Shown in pieces: positions 38,825 to 49,494 of a stretch of DNA of 64,000 nucleotides (its first letter is position 1; each line of letters starts with the position of its first letter). Source of the DNA: a virus; IMG/VR virus record IMGVR_UViG_3300025154_000073, positions 9,045 through 73,044 of that record; one strand, written 5' to 3'. The translations under genes and the position numbers were made by a program. Below the pieces are notes generated by a model, which did not search any database, was not told the origin of the DNA, and was given only the letters and a program-made list of their open reading frames with translations.

Positions 38825-40390
38825 CTGCCGAATCTTAGCAGTAGAAAACCTCTTAGTCAGGATGAGTGGAAGAAACTCTACCTGATCTCAAAAGAACTGG
38901 AAAGCAGGGGGGAGAAAGTACCTGAACAATCCATTGAACAATTCAAGGATAAAAAACGAAAAAAGTGGCCTGTTGACCCCAACGGGTATTTTGTGCGTAA
39001 TGACGGAAAGTCGTACAGCCCCTCAGAGAACCACAAGAAATTTGTGGAAAGTACCGCCAGATTTTCAGCCCTGTACGGCCCGAGAGGTTGTGGAAAATCC
39101 GGTGGTGGAGGACAGAAGACTCTTAGAAAAATAATGCAGGGGGAAGATGGCGCGGTGATGAACCCCGACATGGAGAATTTTAAGCTATCAACGTGGCCTG
39201 AGTTGAAGGCGTGGATACCCTGGAAGATGGTAGTCCCTACACAGAAACACAGGTCGAGACCTGAGTGGGAACCGACCAAACCGTTTACAATGGTGTTTAT
39301 AAATGGGGCAAGAGTCTACTGCAAGGGACTCAAAGACCCCGACTCTGCGCGCGGCCCTAATATCAACTACCTTTGGTATGACGAAGCGGGGCGCGATAAA
39401 ACAGGACAGGGTTGGAAGATTGCCGTGTCCTCTGTCCGTGTTGGAAACAATCCTCAAGCGTTTGCAACTTTCACGCCAAAGACTTCCGAACACTGGACGA
39501 CAAAGTTTTTTGTTAAGCAAGAAATCCCCGAAGATGTCAAACAACAGTTTGCGGAAGCGTTGGGAGATGATAAAATTCTCATAGAGTCTTTTCACGCAAC
39601 GCGCGAGGACAACAAGGCGAATCTTGACCCCGCTTTCTATGCCTCCATCCTTGCAAGTAATCCTTCTGGATGGCTCAAGGCTCAAGAGTACGATGGAGAA
39701 GTTGCAGATGAAGGCGGTCAGATTGGTTATCGAAGTTGGTTTGATGGCAGAATCATCACTACGTTACCAACCAGAATTATAAAAAAGATACGCGCATGGG
39801 ATACTGCCGCCAGTGAGAAGAAGGTCGCCAAAGACGACCCAGACGAATCGGTTGGTTCATTACTTATAAAATTTCTTCCAAAGGACAACCCTGAATGGAT
39901 GGAACTCTACGGACACTTATTGCAAGAGGGGCAGGAAAAACAACCACATTTTATTTTAGAAAATCAAGTCGCTGGTTTTTGGGCGGCGGAAAGACTATTT
40001 GAAGTCATCAAGAATACTGCTAGATATGATGGAGTCTATGTTCCCGTTTACATTGACCAAGACCCAGGCGGGGCAGGCAAGAACCAGGTCGCTCTACTTG
40101 CCGCGTCTTTCAAGGACTCGAAGAACCCAGAACTCCATGCTCATCAGGTTCTTGAAGTGGATGTTAGAAAAGTTGGAGATAGAGTCCTCGCCGCGAACAA
40201 TCACTGGTTTGGTGCGGCGTCAGAAGGTAGGATGTGGTTGATGAAAAGCAGTTGGAACGACGGATTCTTGGGTCAACTTGATGGATTTACGATGATTGGG
40301 CATGACGACAAAATCACCTCGGTCACTTCTGGAATGTATGTTTTGAACCCCGCGAAAAAATGGGGCAAACTCCCATTTGTCACATTATGA
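38825..40390 (+). CDS. terL: Terminase large subunit (frame open from 38825; track start 38993)
   Basis: Walker A GPRGCGKS, Walker B LWYDEAG, nuclease RAWDTA and HDDKI. Confidence 0.9.
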   Translation: MPNLSSRKPLSQDEWKKLYLISKELESRGEKVPEQSIEQFKDKKRKKWPVDPNGYFVRNDGKSYSPSENHKKFVESTARFSALYGPRGCGKSGGGGQKTLRKIMQGEDGAVMNPDMENFKLSTWPELKAWIPWKMVVPTQKHRSRPEWEPTKPFTMVFINGARVYCKGLKDPDSARGPNINYLWYDEAGRDKTGQGWKIAVSSVRVGNNPQAFATFTPKTSEHWTTKFFVKQEIPEDVKQQFAEALGDDKILIESFHATREDNKANLDPAFYASILASNPSGWLKAQEYDGEVADEGGQIGYRSWFDGRIITTLPTRIIKKIRAWDTAASEKKVAKDDPDESVGSLLIKFLPKDNPEWMELYGHLLQEGQEKQPHFILENQVAGFWAAERLFEVIKNTARYDGVYVPVYIDQDPGGAGKNQVALLAASFKDSKNPELHAHQVLEVDVRKVGDRVLAANNHWFGAASEGRMWLMKSSWNDGFLGQLDGFTMIGHDDKITSVTSGMYVLNPAKKWGKLPFVTL

Positions 40391-40504
40391 ACAAGAAGAA
40401 TAGAAATCGTTTCAAGCGTATGCCTCTGGTTTGTAAGTATCGCTGGCGAGGTATCGCAAAAAGCAATTATCGAAAACACGGAATCAAGAAGTTAAGGAAG
40501 TCTT

Positions 40505-42445
40505 ATGCCAACTAATACAGGCAATGTTTCAACGCTAGACATTATCAACGCTCCGCAACCCACGAGAGAAGCGGGTCAGCGCAGTATGCGGGTATCGGAT
40601 GCGTACTTTACAAGGATGATTCCAAGGTGGTCACAACCCTCAATTCTTACGCCTGGTCAATGGCGTGCGTGGGTGGCGAGTCAACCCGTAGCTGTGACCT
40701 GTAAAGACACCATGATCTCCAACATTGCCGACCTTGACTGGAAGATAACTCCTCGCAAGAGCGACATGCGCGATGAACTAAAGGGGACAATAGAGTATTA
40801 TGAAAAGTTTCTTAGGAACGGCGGGTATTCGGGTTTGGATTGGATTGGATTTCTTGAATGGTTCATCTCCGACCTAAACGACCTTCCTTTTGGAACAGGA
40901 TTTGAACTTGGCAGAAAGGGAGATACAGAGAATGGCAGAGTAATGTGGCTCGAACCCTTAGACGGCGGAACGCTCTACCCCACCAACAATAAAGACACTC
41001 CAATCATTCAATACTACAATGGGCATTATGCTTCGTTTCCCAAACACGCCATAGCAAGAGCCTACATGAGTCCACGTCCTGAAATAGAAAGAAAAGGGTG
41101 GGGTGTCGCTCCACCAGAAAAAGTATTCCTAGCTATGGAAATGCTGGCGAGAGGGGATAGGTATTATGCCAATCTTCTTCTCGACATCCCGCCCGCTGGA
41201 GTCTTTGATCTCGGAGATATTACATGGGAGGATGCGAATACATGGATTGAATCTTTCAGAACCTTTACACAGGGTGGAACAGCGGAGGGATTCAAGATTC
41301 CTGTTCTTGCAGAGCATACAGGGAAAGTACAGTTCATCCCGTTAGGCAAAGCCCCCAATGACATCATGTATGACAGGATTACCCTAAAATACGCGGCTCT
41401 TGTAACCGCAGCATACGGCATGACATTGGGAGACATTGGACTTGCGGGGTCGTCTGCTTCTGGCGAAACTCTGGCTGGCTCGATTCGTGGCGAACAGAAA
41501 ACCAACCGAACAGGTAAGGCTAGAAACAAAGGAAAGATTAAGTACTTCATTGAAGGGATAATTCCATCTGTTTTACAGTTTGATTTTATTGACACGGACG
41601 GAGAAAGACTCTCCATGCTCGGACGCGCCAGGCTTGCAAGTGCAACCGCCTTCAATATGAACGTTCAAAATGGAACAATCTCTCCCGAAGAATCAAGACT
41701 GCAACAGATTCAAGACGGACTATTTACGATCTCCATGCCAGAGAAGCCGCCGAAAGATGCCAAGCCTACTTTGTTAGGCAAAGCCCCAGAACGCCCCGCA
41801 TCCGTAGGCTCTCCCCAACCCCCCTCTTTAGGTGGAGATGGCGAGATGAAGTCTCTAGTCGGTCTGACAATTGAAAAAGGACGCTCGTTCAATGCCAGAA
41901 TTGGCAAGTTAGTAAAACGAATCTGTGAAGACATTGCGCCCATACTCACAGAATCGTCTCAAAGTGTTAATGCGGATGATCTATATTTACTCCGCTCGGC
42001 TGTGGACGATTCCATTTTTGGAGAAGAGGACGTATTCAATATTGCGGAAATCCTCAAGGCAATTTGGGTACAGGATAATTGGGTCTCGGTCAAAGACGTA
42101 GACCTGCCTTTTGAACTAAAGGCTTTGTTCACTCAGAAATATATTTGGGAACTGACTGACGAACAGATTGACAAGATTGACTTCGTTCCTTTCGCAGAGG
42201 AACTAAAACACCGTGTTTCCTCGGAGATAAAAAACTTCATTGGAAAGTCGGCTGTCTCGATGTTGAAAGACCAAATCATAAATGACGCATTTGACAATGG
42301 CGATGGCACAAGTTACGATAATATAGTGAATGCTATACGAAGTCGCATAGTTGAGAACTTTGGCGAATTTTCTTCAACCTGTGTTGGGTTGGAGGCAGAA
42401 AAAATACTAGACGAAATAAGGAAAAACATAAATGAAAACAGTTAA
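40505..42445 (+). CDS. Portal protein with C-terminal extension
   Basis: Follows TerL; LEPLDGGTLYP, GWGVAPPE, ISPEESR motifs. Confidence 0.8.
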   Translation: MPTNTGNVSTLDIINAPQPTREAGQRSMRVSDAYFTRMIPRWSQPSILTPGQWRAWVASQPVAVTCKDTMISNIADLDWKITPRKSDMRDELKGTIEYYEKFLRNGGYSGLDWIGFLEWFISDLNDLPFGTGFELGRKGDTENGRVMWLEPLDGGTLYPTNNKDTPIIQYYNGHYASFPKHAIARAYMSPRPEIERKGWGVAPPEKVFLAMEMLARGDRYYANLLLDIPPAGVFDLGDITWEDANTWIESFRTFTQGGTAEGFKIPVLAEHTGKVQFIPLGKAPNDIMYDRITLKYAALVTAAYGMTLGDIGLAGSSASGETLAGSIRGEQKTNRTGKARNKGKIKYFIEGIIPSVLQFDFIDTDGERLSMLGRARLASATAFNMNVQNGTISPEESRLQQIQDGLFTISMPEKPPKDAKPTLLGKAPERPASVGSPQPPSLGGDGEMKSLVGLTIEKGRSFNARIGKLVKRICEDIAPILTESSQSVNADDLYLLRSAVDDSIFGEEDVFNIAEILKAIWVQDNWVSVKDVDLPFELKALFTQKYIWELTDEQIDKIDFVPFAEELKHRVSSEIKNFIGKSAVSMLKDQIINDAFDNGDGTSYDNIVNAIRSRIVENFGEFSSTCVGLEAEKILDEIRKNINENS

Positions 42446-42686
42446 GGTAGATCATGTAATTTTGACTCTCGCCCTCTCCCCTCATGCTCTTACATTGGGT
42501 GGACAGACACGCGAGGACATCAACCAAATGATTAATGCCCGTCTTGCGGAGGGGTACGATGAAGTAGAGGTTATCCCGCTTCGCACAAATATGGGCGAAC
42601 GCGAACAAGCTACACACGTAATCAATCAGTACATCTTTCGCAAGTTCGAGAGACCCGTAGAATCAGCCAAATCCAAGAATGCTTAA
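42432..42686 (+). CDS. Hypothetical protein
   Basis: Coupled ORF. Confidence 0.5.
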   Translation: MKTVKVDHVILTLALSPHALTLGGQTREDINQMINARLAEGYDEVEVIPLRTNMGEREQATHVINQYIFRKFERPVESAKSKNA

Positions 42687-43014
42687 CTGGCTCGTCTTTG
42701 CGGCAGTCGGAAAGTTGATTATATATTTGTGGATGAAGTTTCCTCTGCCGCAGTCTATATTGGATAATACACAAGAAAAGTATATTTACCGATTTATAAA
42801 ACAATTGCATGAGTGTGAACTATGTTCAGGAGTTTGGATATTTTGCGCCCTCGCCTTGTTCTTTGGAGTAGACATCTTTCAAGATTTATTTGGCTACATA
42901 GGGGCTATCCCGCAAATTGTTGGGAACTTGGTGACTGGAGCGGTAACTTCTTGGTTGGTGTTCATTTTTAACGCAGGTTGGCGAGAAGTATATCAAGAGG
43001 TGATGATAATTTAA
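42679..43014 (+). CDS. DUF1360-like membrane protein
   Basis: LHECELCSGVW between TM helices. Confidence 0.55.
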   Translation: MLNWLVFAAVGKLIIYLWMKFPLPQSILDNTQEKYIYRFIKQLHECELCSGVWIFCALALFFGVDIFQDLFGYIGAIPQIVGNLVTGAVTSWLVFIFNAGWREVYQEVMII

Positions 43015-44513
43015 TGCCATACGAAATTAAGAAACAGGGCGACCAGTATTGTGTCGTCAAGGCTGGGGGCGAAACTGTAAAATGCCATGAAAGCAAAGAC
43101 AAAGCCCTAGATCACATGCGGGCGTTATACGCCAATGTTCACGACTCTGCGATTGCGGAGTTCTCAATGAGCATCGTCAAAGCAACCTCCAAAGACGGAG
43201 AGATGAAATGGCGTTCTGTTAACTCAGACATCGAAGAGGATTTCTTTGGCGAGAGAATGTCTTTAGAACTGTTCGCAGACTTTAATAAACACATTGAAAA
43301 TAAAGACTCTGTTCCAGACGTTTTCAAATCGGTAGTTTGTGAAGAGGATTGGTGCGGTGGAATGCCGTATGTTTCATTATCTCACTACAAGTCTGGAAAG
43401 AACAAAGTCAACGTTCCTGGAGAGGTCTCTAAAGTTTATGTAGACGGCAAAGCCCTAAAATCCACAGGAACGCTTTACGATACCCCTCTTGGCAAGGCGG
43501 TCTACAAGTCTCTTGAAAAAGATTTAGTAGAGAAATCAGATACCCCCGTTAGAATCTCAATAGGATTCCTTGACCTAGAACATTCGCACGGAGACAAGTT
43601 TACCTTCATGCGCAAGGGACTGACTGATAAGTGCCCTTTGTGTAAAGAGGGGATTGGGGATAAAATTTATAAGAAAGGACATCTCGTTCATTTGGCTCTC
43701 ACCAGAGTCCCCGCAAACCCCAGAACAGAGATGGAGTTGGAGACAAAATCTATGACTACAAAACTCGAAGATGCAAAGTCTGTGGTTGAGGACGAAGAAG
43801 TGTTGAAAGGTCTTGAATTAAAGTCCCAGACCGAGAACGATGTCCTTGTCATCAAGACGGAAGATGCTGACGCAGACGAAAAAGATTGTCCAGAAGGCGA
43901 TGAAGAGTGCATGAAAAAGCACAAAAAGGACATGAAGAAGGACATGAAGAAAGAAATGTCCACCACAACGTCTGATGCAGAAACCACCGTGTTTTCTCCC
44001 GCCAAATCAGAGGTTGAATTAAGCGTAAAAATCAACACAGAAGTTGCGGAAAACACACCTGTTGAGAAGGCTCTTTCCGCTCTTAGAAACAGGATTGACG
44101 CTCTCAAATCGCAAGGACTGACCGGCGACTCTGCCCTTGCTGAAATTCAGAAGAACTTTGATGAACTTGGGACTGTGGTAAAGTCTGAATTTATAGTTCC
44201 TCCCTCACCCGAAGAAGTCGCCAAAAAAGAAATGTCGGAAATCGTTCGATCTGCTATACAAGAAGCGTTACCTCAGGCGCTTATTCAAGTTGCTCCAATT
44301 CAAGCCAAACTTGAAGAAGTTCAACACGAAATGGCAGAGTTAAGGGCGTTAGTTACAAACAAATCCGTAACAATCAAAAGAGAAGAAGTTCCTCAACCCC
44401 GCAGTCTAAATGTAAACCTAGTGCAAAAAGCGGCAATTGAAACTCTCATCGCCAAAACTAAACCAAAAGACCAGTTTCAAGCCATAGCCGATCAGAGCAT
44501 GGGTATTCAATAG
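43014..44513 (+). CDS. Prohead protease / scaffold fusion
   Basis: SLSH, ISIGF, LALTRVPANPRT; charged coiled-coil C-terminus; precedes capsid gene. Confidence 0.75.
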   Translation: MPYEIKKQGDQYCVVKAGGETVKCHESKDKALDHMRALYANVHDSAIAEFSMSIVKATSKDGEMKWRSVNSDIEEDFFGERMSLELFADFNKHIENKDSVPDVFKSVVCEEDWCGGMPYVSLSHYKSGKNKVNVPGEVSKVYVDGKALKSTGTLYDTPLGKAVYKSLEKDLVEKSDTPVRISIGFLDLEHSHGDKFTFMRKGLTDKCPLCKEGIGDKIYKKGHLVHLALTRVPANPRTEMELETKSMTTKLEDAKSVVEDEEVLKGLELKSQTENDVLVIKTEDADADEKDCPEGDEECMKKHKKDMKKDMKKEMSTTTSDAETTVFSPAKSEVELSVKINTEVAENTPVEKALSALRNRIDALKSQGLTGDSALAEIQKNFDELGTVVKSEFIVPPSPEEVAKKEMSEIVRSAIQEALPQALIQVAPIQAKLEEVQHEMAELRALVTNKSVTIKREEVPQPRSLNVNLVQKAAIETLIAKTKPKDQFQAIADQSMGIQ

Positions 44514-44570
44514 ACTCACCCGCAGGTTAAGCCGTAAGGCGTCTCGGCATATTCCTTTTAGGAGGACATT

Positions 44571-45749
44571 ATGTCCGATGTAATTTTGAACGTCGGTGAA
44601 GATGCCGCAACTCAGCCCGCTTTTACAGAGGCTATGGTTCAGCGTGCCGCAGACCCGTTAGCGCATAACGTAGTTCTGCCTGCTGATTTTGCCGCACAAT
44701 ATCCGACCCCGCTCGACACCACAGAAATTCTCGCCATGTGCGAGGAAATCAATCTGTATCTCAATATCCCCGAATTAATGACGGGCTTGAAGCAAGAGAC
44801 CTACCGCGAGATGACCTCGCTCGGTTTCAACTCAGGCTCAAGTTATATCTCCTTCGCGGACTATGTTTGTCCCGAAGAGTACACCCACGATGGCGAGAAC
44901 GTCACTGTTGATTTGAAGAATATCGGCGCGAAGAAATCCCTCGGCATTTCCGACATCATGCACTCACAGGCTGTCGCCGCCGCTGGATGGAATGGCATTA
45001 ATACCCTCGTTGGTGCTTCGCCCGCATTCTCAGGACTCCCGGGCACTTCCGACATTGGTACTTTCCAACGCCAGCACATTGCTGATGTGAAAGCCAAAGA
45101 AATGCGCTTTATGGCGACCCTCGTCCTCAATCAGTGGGATAGACTCCTCGCCGTAGGCAACGCCAGCAATAACGCTCTCGAATTCAGCGGTATTGAAACT
45201 TTAGTCACCGCCGTAAATGGCGCACATGTTCAGTCCACCGCCGACATCGCAGCTTCCGGCACGTTCTCGGCAACAGGCTTTGACCGCTTCCTGAGCGAGT
45301 CCTGCGCCGCACCCACCAAGATTTTCGGGCATCCCCAAGCTATTCAGGAAATGATGAGCGCATACTTCCAGTTGTGGGGAGCAGGCGTGCAGTCGGTTAG
45401 TTCTCAGAAGGGAAGTCGATTGACTCCTGGTTATAACTTCTCAGGCGAAGTCATCACCGGCATCGGAACTCTCGGTGTTGTGGCAGATGCTAACTTCACC
45501 CGCACAACCAACGGAACAGGCTTTGTTTCCAACCTATACCCGCTCCGCATGGTGCATAACGGCGAACCGCTGGTTTATCGCCGGACTCAGATTCCTCTCG
45601 CAGTCAAAGATTTAGCTCCAGGCTGCACATTTATACAATTTATGGAATTTGCGAAAACAGCTTTAATAATCAAGTACCGCTGCTCTCAAAGCAAGTTCCA
45701 GGCTACTTTTGTGGGCCGCGTGACCACATCATGTCCAACTATTTATTGA
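44571..45749 (+). CDS. Major capsid protein
   Basis: Position, strong AGGAGG RBS, biased codon usage, GNASNNALEFSGI motif, downstream terminator. Confidence 0.8.
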   Translation: MSDVILNVGEDAATQPAFTEAMVQRAADPLAHNVVLPADFAAQYPTPLDTTEILAMCEEINLYLNIPELMTGLKQETYREMTSLGFNSGSSYISFADYVCPEEYTHDGENVTVDLKNIGAKKSLGISDIMHSQAVAAAGWNGINTLVGASPAFSGLPGTSDIGTFQRQHIADVKAKEMRFMATLVLNQWDRLLAVGNASNNALEFSGIETLVTAVNGAHVQSTADIAASGTFSATGFDRFLSESCAAPTKIFGHPQAIQEMMSAYFQLWGAGVQSVSSQKGSRLTPGYNFSGEVITGIGTLGVVADANFTRTTNGTGFVSNLYPLRMVHNGEPLVYRRTQIPLAVKDLAPGCTFIQFMEFAKTALIIKYRCSQSKFQATFVGRVTTSCPTIY

Positions 45750-45770
45750 GCCTAAAACAAGAATAAAAAT

Positions 45771-45800
45771 AAACACCCTTCATAAAGAGGGGTGTTTTTT
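45771..45800 (+). terminator. Rho-independent terminator
   Basis: AAACACCCTTC...GAGGGGTGTTT plus T-tract. Confidence 0.75.
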
Positions 45801-45849
45801 ATTAGAGTTTTATAATTGTTTATGATATGGGGTAAAATTATGGTAGAAT

Positions 45850-46620
45850 ATGTGTATGAGAAAAACTTCTGGAATCTACTACTATCGAAACAAGATAAAT
45901 GGAAAAAGATATATTGGTCAAGCCCACAATATTGAAAGGCGATTGCGCGAACACAACTATTATCTTATAAAAGGAACAGATAAATGCGCCGCCCTACAAA
46001 GAGCAGTCAATAAATACGGAATAGAAAATTTTGAAGTCGGTATACTTGAGGCTTGCGAACCCGATAAAATGAACGATAGAGAAATCTATTGGATTGACCT
46101 GTATAAATCATCCAGCAGGGATGGATATAATATTTCAAATGGCGGAGAAAGCGGGTTATTTGGATACAAGAGACCGCCAGAGTTCGGGAAAAAGGTTTCT
46201 GCCTCCAAAAAGGCGATGCACTTGAAGATGACAGACGAACAAAAGAAGAAAATATCAGAACTTCATAAAGGAAAGCCAAAGTCAGAAGAAACTAGGCGGA
46301 AGATGTCCGAGAATCATTCTAGGTATATGCTCGGAAGAAAACACTCGGAGGAAACACTTGCAAAACTTCGCGTTGCTCATGGTGGAAAAAACGCATACCA
46401 GTTAGGGAAGAAGTCCCCCAATGCAGCATCTAAATATTTCGGGGTTAATAAACTCTTGCAAAAAGGTCATACATATTGGGCAGCAAACGTAAAGGCTTTC
46501 GGAAAAAGAACTTATGTTGGCATGTCCAAAATCGAAGAAGAAGCCGCCCGTCTCTATGATGCCTATGTCACAGAAAACAATCTACCCAACCCGCTAAATT
46601 TTCCAGAGGAGATGAAATGA
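45850..46620 (+). CDS. GIY-YIG homing endonuclease with NUMOD3 repeats and AP2-like domain
   Basis: GIYYY...YIGQA; KSEETRRKMS, RKHSEET; ASKYFGV...EEAARLYD...PLNF. Confidence 0.85.
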   Translation: MCMRKTSGIYYYRNKINGKRYIGQAHNIERRLREHNYYLIKGTDKCAALQRAVNKYGIENFEVGILEACEPDKMNDREIYWIDLYKSSSRDGYNISNGGESGLFGYKRPPEFGKKVSASKKAMHLKMTDEQKKKISELHKGKPKSEETRRKMSENHSRYMLGRKHSEETLAKLRVAHGGKNAYQLGKKSPNAASKYFGVNKLLQKGHTYWAANVKAFGKRTYVGMSKIEEEAARLYDAYVTENNLPNPLNFPEEMK

Positions 46621-47188
46621 ACAATCATTGGGATTTGTATCAAGGTTATTGCTCTGTGTGCAGAACTTTTGATGATTACAGCGCATTTACAATATACAGC
46701 ATTCCGTGTTACTGTAAAACTTTTCCAGAAGAACACAGGGTAATGAGGAGAATTTGCCACAAATGCAGAATAGAATTGATGAAGATAGCCGAGAAAACCT
46801 CATTCACATGGGATTTTCGTGAACACTACCGACTTTTGTCCATTGCCGCATCTCCCCCATCTCTTCGTCAAGATTTCGCAAAGTCTGTGAAAGGCGTAAA
46901 ATGAATAATGTCCTAGATTTAACTCAGGAATTCAATCAATTATTTATCGCATCTGTCATTTGTGTGCTGTGCGAACAAGAATCAATCGAGATTGACCTAC
47001 AAGATATTGAAAAGTATTGGCAGGGCGAAGTTTCAAGACTTCAATACGACATGAAGGTGGACATACAGGGCAAGAGCGGAACAATCACGTTCAGCCTGAA
47101 ACCGTAACTCTCTAATCCCTGTCTAATCTATGTGTGATACCATGAAGGAAAATATTCAATAGTAGAAAAAAATGAAGGAGCGTTACGG

Positions 47189-47986
47189 ATGGCTATCCCA
47201 CTAGATATTACTGAACAAAACCCAGCACTGGGAGAATGGTGTATTTTATCAGGTTACAGAGGATCAATTTCGCATGGGTGTTATATTCCATCATCCGACC
47301 CCAACTCAATTGACGATAAAGATGTAATGGGTGTTTGCGTCCCCCCAATTGATTTCTATTTTGGCATTCATTCCGCATTTCCTGCAAACGAAATGTTTCC
47401 GTCCAACGGAACAAAGGAAATCAAAAAGGACGAATGGGATATAGTTGTTTACGATGCAAAGAAATTCATTGGTTTATTGGCACAGGGCAATCCAAATGTT
47501 CTAGCACTTCTTTGGCTTGAAAGTAATTATTACCTAAAGGTCACAGAACCAGGGCGTTTACTTATTGAAAACAGAAATCTATTCGTGGGTCGTCATGTCT
47601 ACAAATCGTTTACTGGCTATGCTTACAGTCAGCTTCACCGAATGACACATGGAGGAACATACAATGGTCACGCCTCTGCAAAACGAAAAGAACTTGTCGA
47701 GAAGTATGGCTATGACTGCAAGAACGCCGCCCACCTTATTCGATTACTGAGAATGGGAATTGAGTTTTTGAAGGATGGAGAGTTATCTGTTTTACGCGAA
47801 GATGCGAGTCAGTTACTTGAAATAAAACGCGGAGAGTGGACACTTGAACAAGTACAGACAGAAGCAGAACATGGTTTCAAATTGTCGGAGCAGGCGTATC
47901 TAAATTCAAGCCTTCCGAAATCTCCCGACTTGAAGGCGATCAACAAACTTGCGGTAGATGTAATTCGTATGTCTTTGCAGATATGA
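47189..47986 (+). CDS. DNA polymerase beta-superfamily nucleotidyltransferase (YcgL/RlaP-like)
   Basis: RGSISHG...SIDDKDVMG, GNPNVL, GYDCKNAAHLIRLL, LLEIKRGE. Confidence 0.8.
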   Translation: MAIPLDITEQNPALGEWCILSGYRGSISHGCYIPSSDPNSIDDKDVMGVCVPPIDFYFGIHSAFPANEMFPSNGTKEIKKDEWDIVVYDAKKFIGLLAQGNPNVLALLWLESNYYLKVTEPGRLLIENRNLFVGRHVYKSFTGYAYSQLHRMTHGGTYNGHASAKRKELVEKYGYDCKNAAHLIRLLRMGIEFLKDGELSVLREDASQLLEIKRGEWTLEQVQTEAEHGFKLSEQAYLNSSLPKSPDLKAINKLAVDVIRMSLQI

Positions 47987-47999
47987 TATACTTTCAAGC

Positions 48000-48111
48000 G
48001 AACGGTCATTGAGGGCGTCCCACCACTAAGATGTAAGGCGCGGCAGTCCTAGCGGCGCTAGGCAGGTGAAACATCCAGAACCAGCGCACAGACGAGCGAC
48101 CTGAGCCGTTC
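48000..48111 (+). ncRNA. Candidate small structured RNA
   Basis: TGATATACT -10 just upstream; ends pair (GAACGGTCA / TGAGCCGTTC); central CCTAGC-GGC-GCTAGG hairpin; no ORF. Confidence 0.4.
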
Positions 48112-48157
48112 CAATATTTGTGGTAGAATATGGATGTTCATCTTATTCTCCTCCGCC

Positions 48158-48188
48158 CAACTCCTCTGAAAAGGGGAGTTGTGGTTTT
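48158..48188 (+). terminator. Rho-independent terminator
   Basis: CAACTCCTCT-GAAA-AGGGGAGTTG followed by T-rich run. Confidence 0.6.
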
Positions 48189-48226
48189 AATGGGGACTGA
48201 TAGAATTAGGGGAAGGAAACAAAAAA

Positions 48227-48499
48227 ATGGAAACAATTGAGAAAACTTATTACGAATACAAGACACAATCTTTAGACGAATTCGCCGTTGCCCTTTCTCT
48301 TGGAGCAGAAGTGTTGTGGGTGGACAAGACCACAGACTCCAGATTTTACACGTTCGGACTCAAGGCAGAGTTTGACATGGAGAAAACAATGCTGGCTCTC
48401 GCGTCCAGAACACTTACGGTAAATGCGTATGGCCTCTGCGACGCTCTCAGACGTGCAAAATCAATAGTCCACAGAAGAGAGCCACTAATCTTGACGTAA
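48227..48499 (+). CDS. Hypothetical protein
   Basis: AAGGA RBS; 90 aa. Confidence 0.5.
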   Translation: METIEKTYYEYKTQSLDEFAVALSLGAEVLWVDKTTDSRFYTFGLKAEFDMEKTMLALASRTLTVNAYGLCDALRRAKSIVHRREPLILT

Positions 48500-48519
48500 T
48501 TTCAGTTAGGATTTACACT

Positions 48520-48792
48520 ATGCGCATGGTTAAGCGTGATGGGCAAGTAGCCCTGCAACAAAACTCTTCTAATAATATCCCAAGACAAGTAGAAGTTGAT
48601 GGTGTTACATACACACCCGCGCTGAGATATAACGTAATCCTAGTATGGGTATTAGAAGAACACGCGGAGAAGATAATAAATTCCCCAAAGAATAAAGAAA
48701 AGAGTTGTAACTGTAACGGCGGAACATTTCGTCCGCAGTTTTTTTATGCTAGTCAGATCAACGTCAACATTTTCGAGACTGGCAATAGATAA
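48520..48792 (+). CDS. Hypothetical protein
   Basis: 90-aa ORF in operon. Confidence 0.5.
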   Translation: MRMVKRDGQVALQQNSSNNIPRQVEVDGVTYTPALRYNVILVWVLEEHAEKIINSPKNKEKSCNCNGGTFRPQFFYASQINVNIFETGNR

Positions 48793-48803
48793 TAGGAGTA
48801 AAC

Positions 48804-49151
48804 ATGCAAGCATTTGTACAACTTCCCCCCGAAATTCAGAATCTAATCTTGGTTGGCGCAACCCTGTTGGTTGGGTTTGTATTCGCCAAAGCCGCAGAAT
48901 ATCTTCCACTTGAAAAGCTGAGTAAATATTTCCCAAAACTTTCGGAGTGGATTAAACAGAACTCAGCCGTAGTCAGCGTTTCAATTGCTGGAGTTGTGGT
49001 TCAACTTTTGCAAGGATACTTGAATCAAATCCCCGCAATTTGGGAAAATGTAGTAACCATCGCCTTTCAACTTTTAGTTACTATTCTCGCAACCTTGAAG
49101 GTGTTTGACGTTGCCAAGAATCGAAAGGTGAAGTACTTCCGCACCCTGTAA
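48804..49151 (+). CDS. Three-TM membrane protein (holin-like)
   Basis: AGGAG RBS; three hydrophobic helices and a basic tail. Confidence 0.5.
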   Translation: MQAFVQLPPEIQNLILVGATLLVGFVFAKAAEYLPLEKLSKYFPKLSEWIKQNSAVVSVSIAGVVVQLLQGYLNQIPAIWENVVTIAFQLLVTILATLKVFDVAKNRKVKYFRTL

Positions 49152-49185
49152 GTAAACACGGTGTATTCTAAAGAGAAGAGAAAAT

Positions 49186-49494
49186 ATGAAAATGCACATA
49201 TTGGCGCACCTAGCTCCCCGGTCAAATAGGATTGATTTACTAATCAAGCAAATAGATGGAAATACGCTTGCCATTGGGAGAGGCGTTCTTTTTGAGGTTG
49301 TTCCAGAGGGTCAAGAAATAGAGCCAACTCTTAGTCTGCCCATTGAGTCGGCTCAAGAGTTAATGGATAGCCTTTGGCAATGCGGTTTACGCCCGTCCGA
49401 AGGCTCTGGTAGTGCTGGCGCGTTGAGGGCAACACAAAACCACCTGGAAGATATGCGAAAAATAGTATTCAAGATGATTGAAGAGAAAATATGA
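49186..49494 (+). CDS. Conserved phage hypothetical protein
   Basis: AQELMDSLWQCGLRPSEGSGSAGAL.ATQNHLEDMRKI. Confidence 0.6.
   Translation: MKMHILAHLAPRSNRIDLLIKQIDGNTLAIGRGVLFEVVPEGQEIEPTLSLPIESAQELMDSLWQCGLRPSEGSGSAGALRATQNHLEDMRKIVFKMIEEKI

Noticed and set aside
45850-46620. GIY-YIG and HNH genes as intron-encoded
   Set aside because: Flanking genes look intact and no group I core was seen; treated as free-standing
48000-48111. tRNA or twister/hammerhead ribozyme
   Set aside because: No T-loop/anticodon layout or catalytic core motifs recognised
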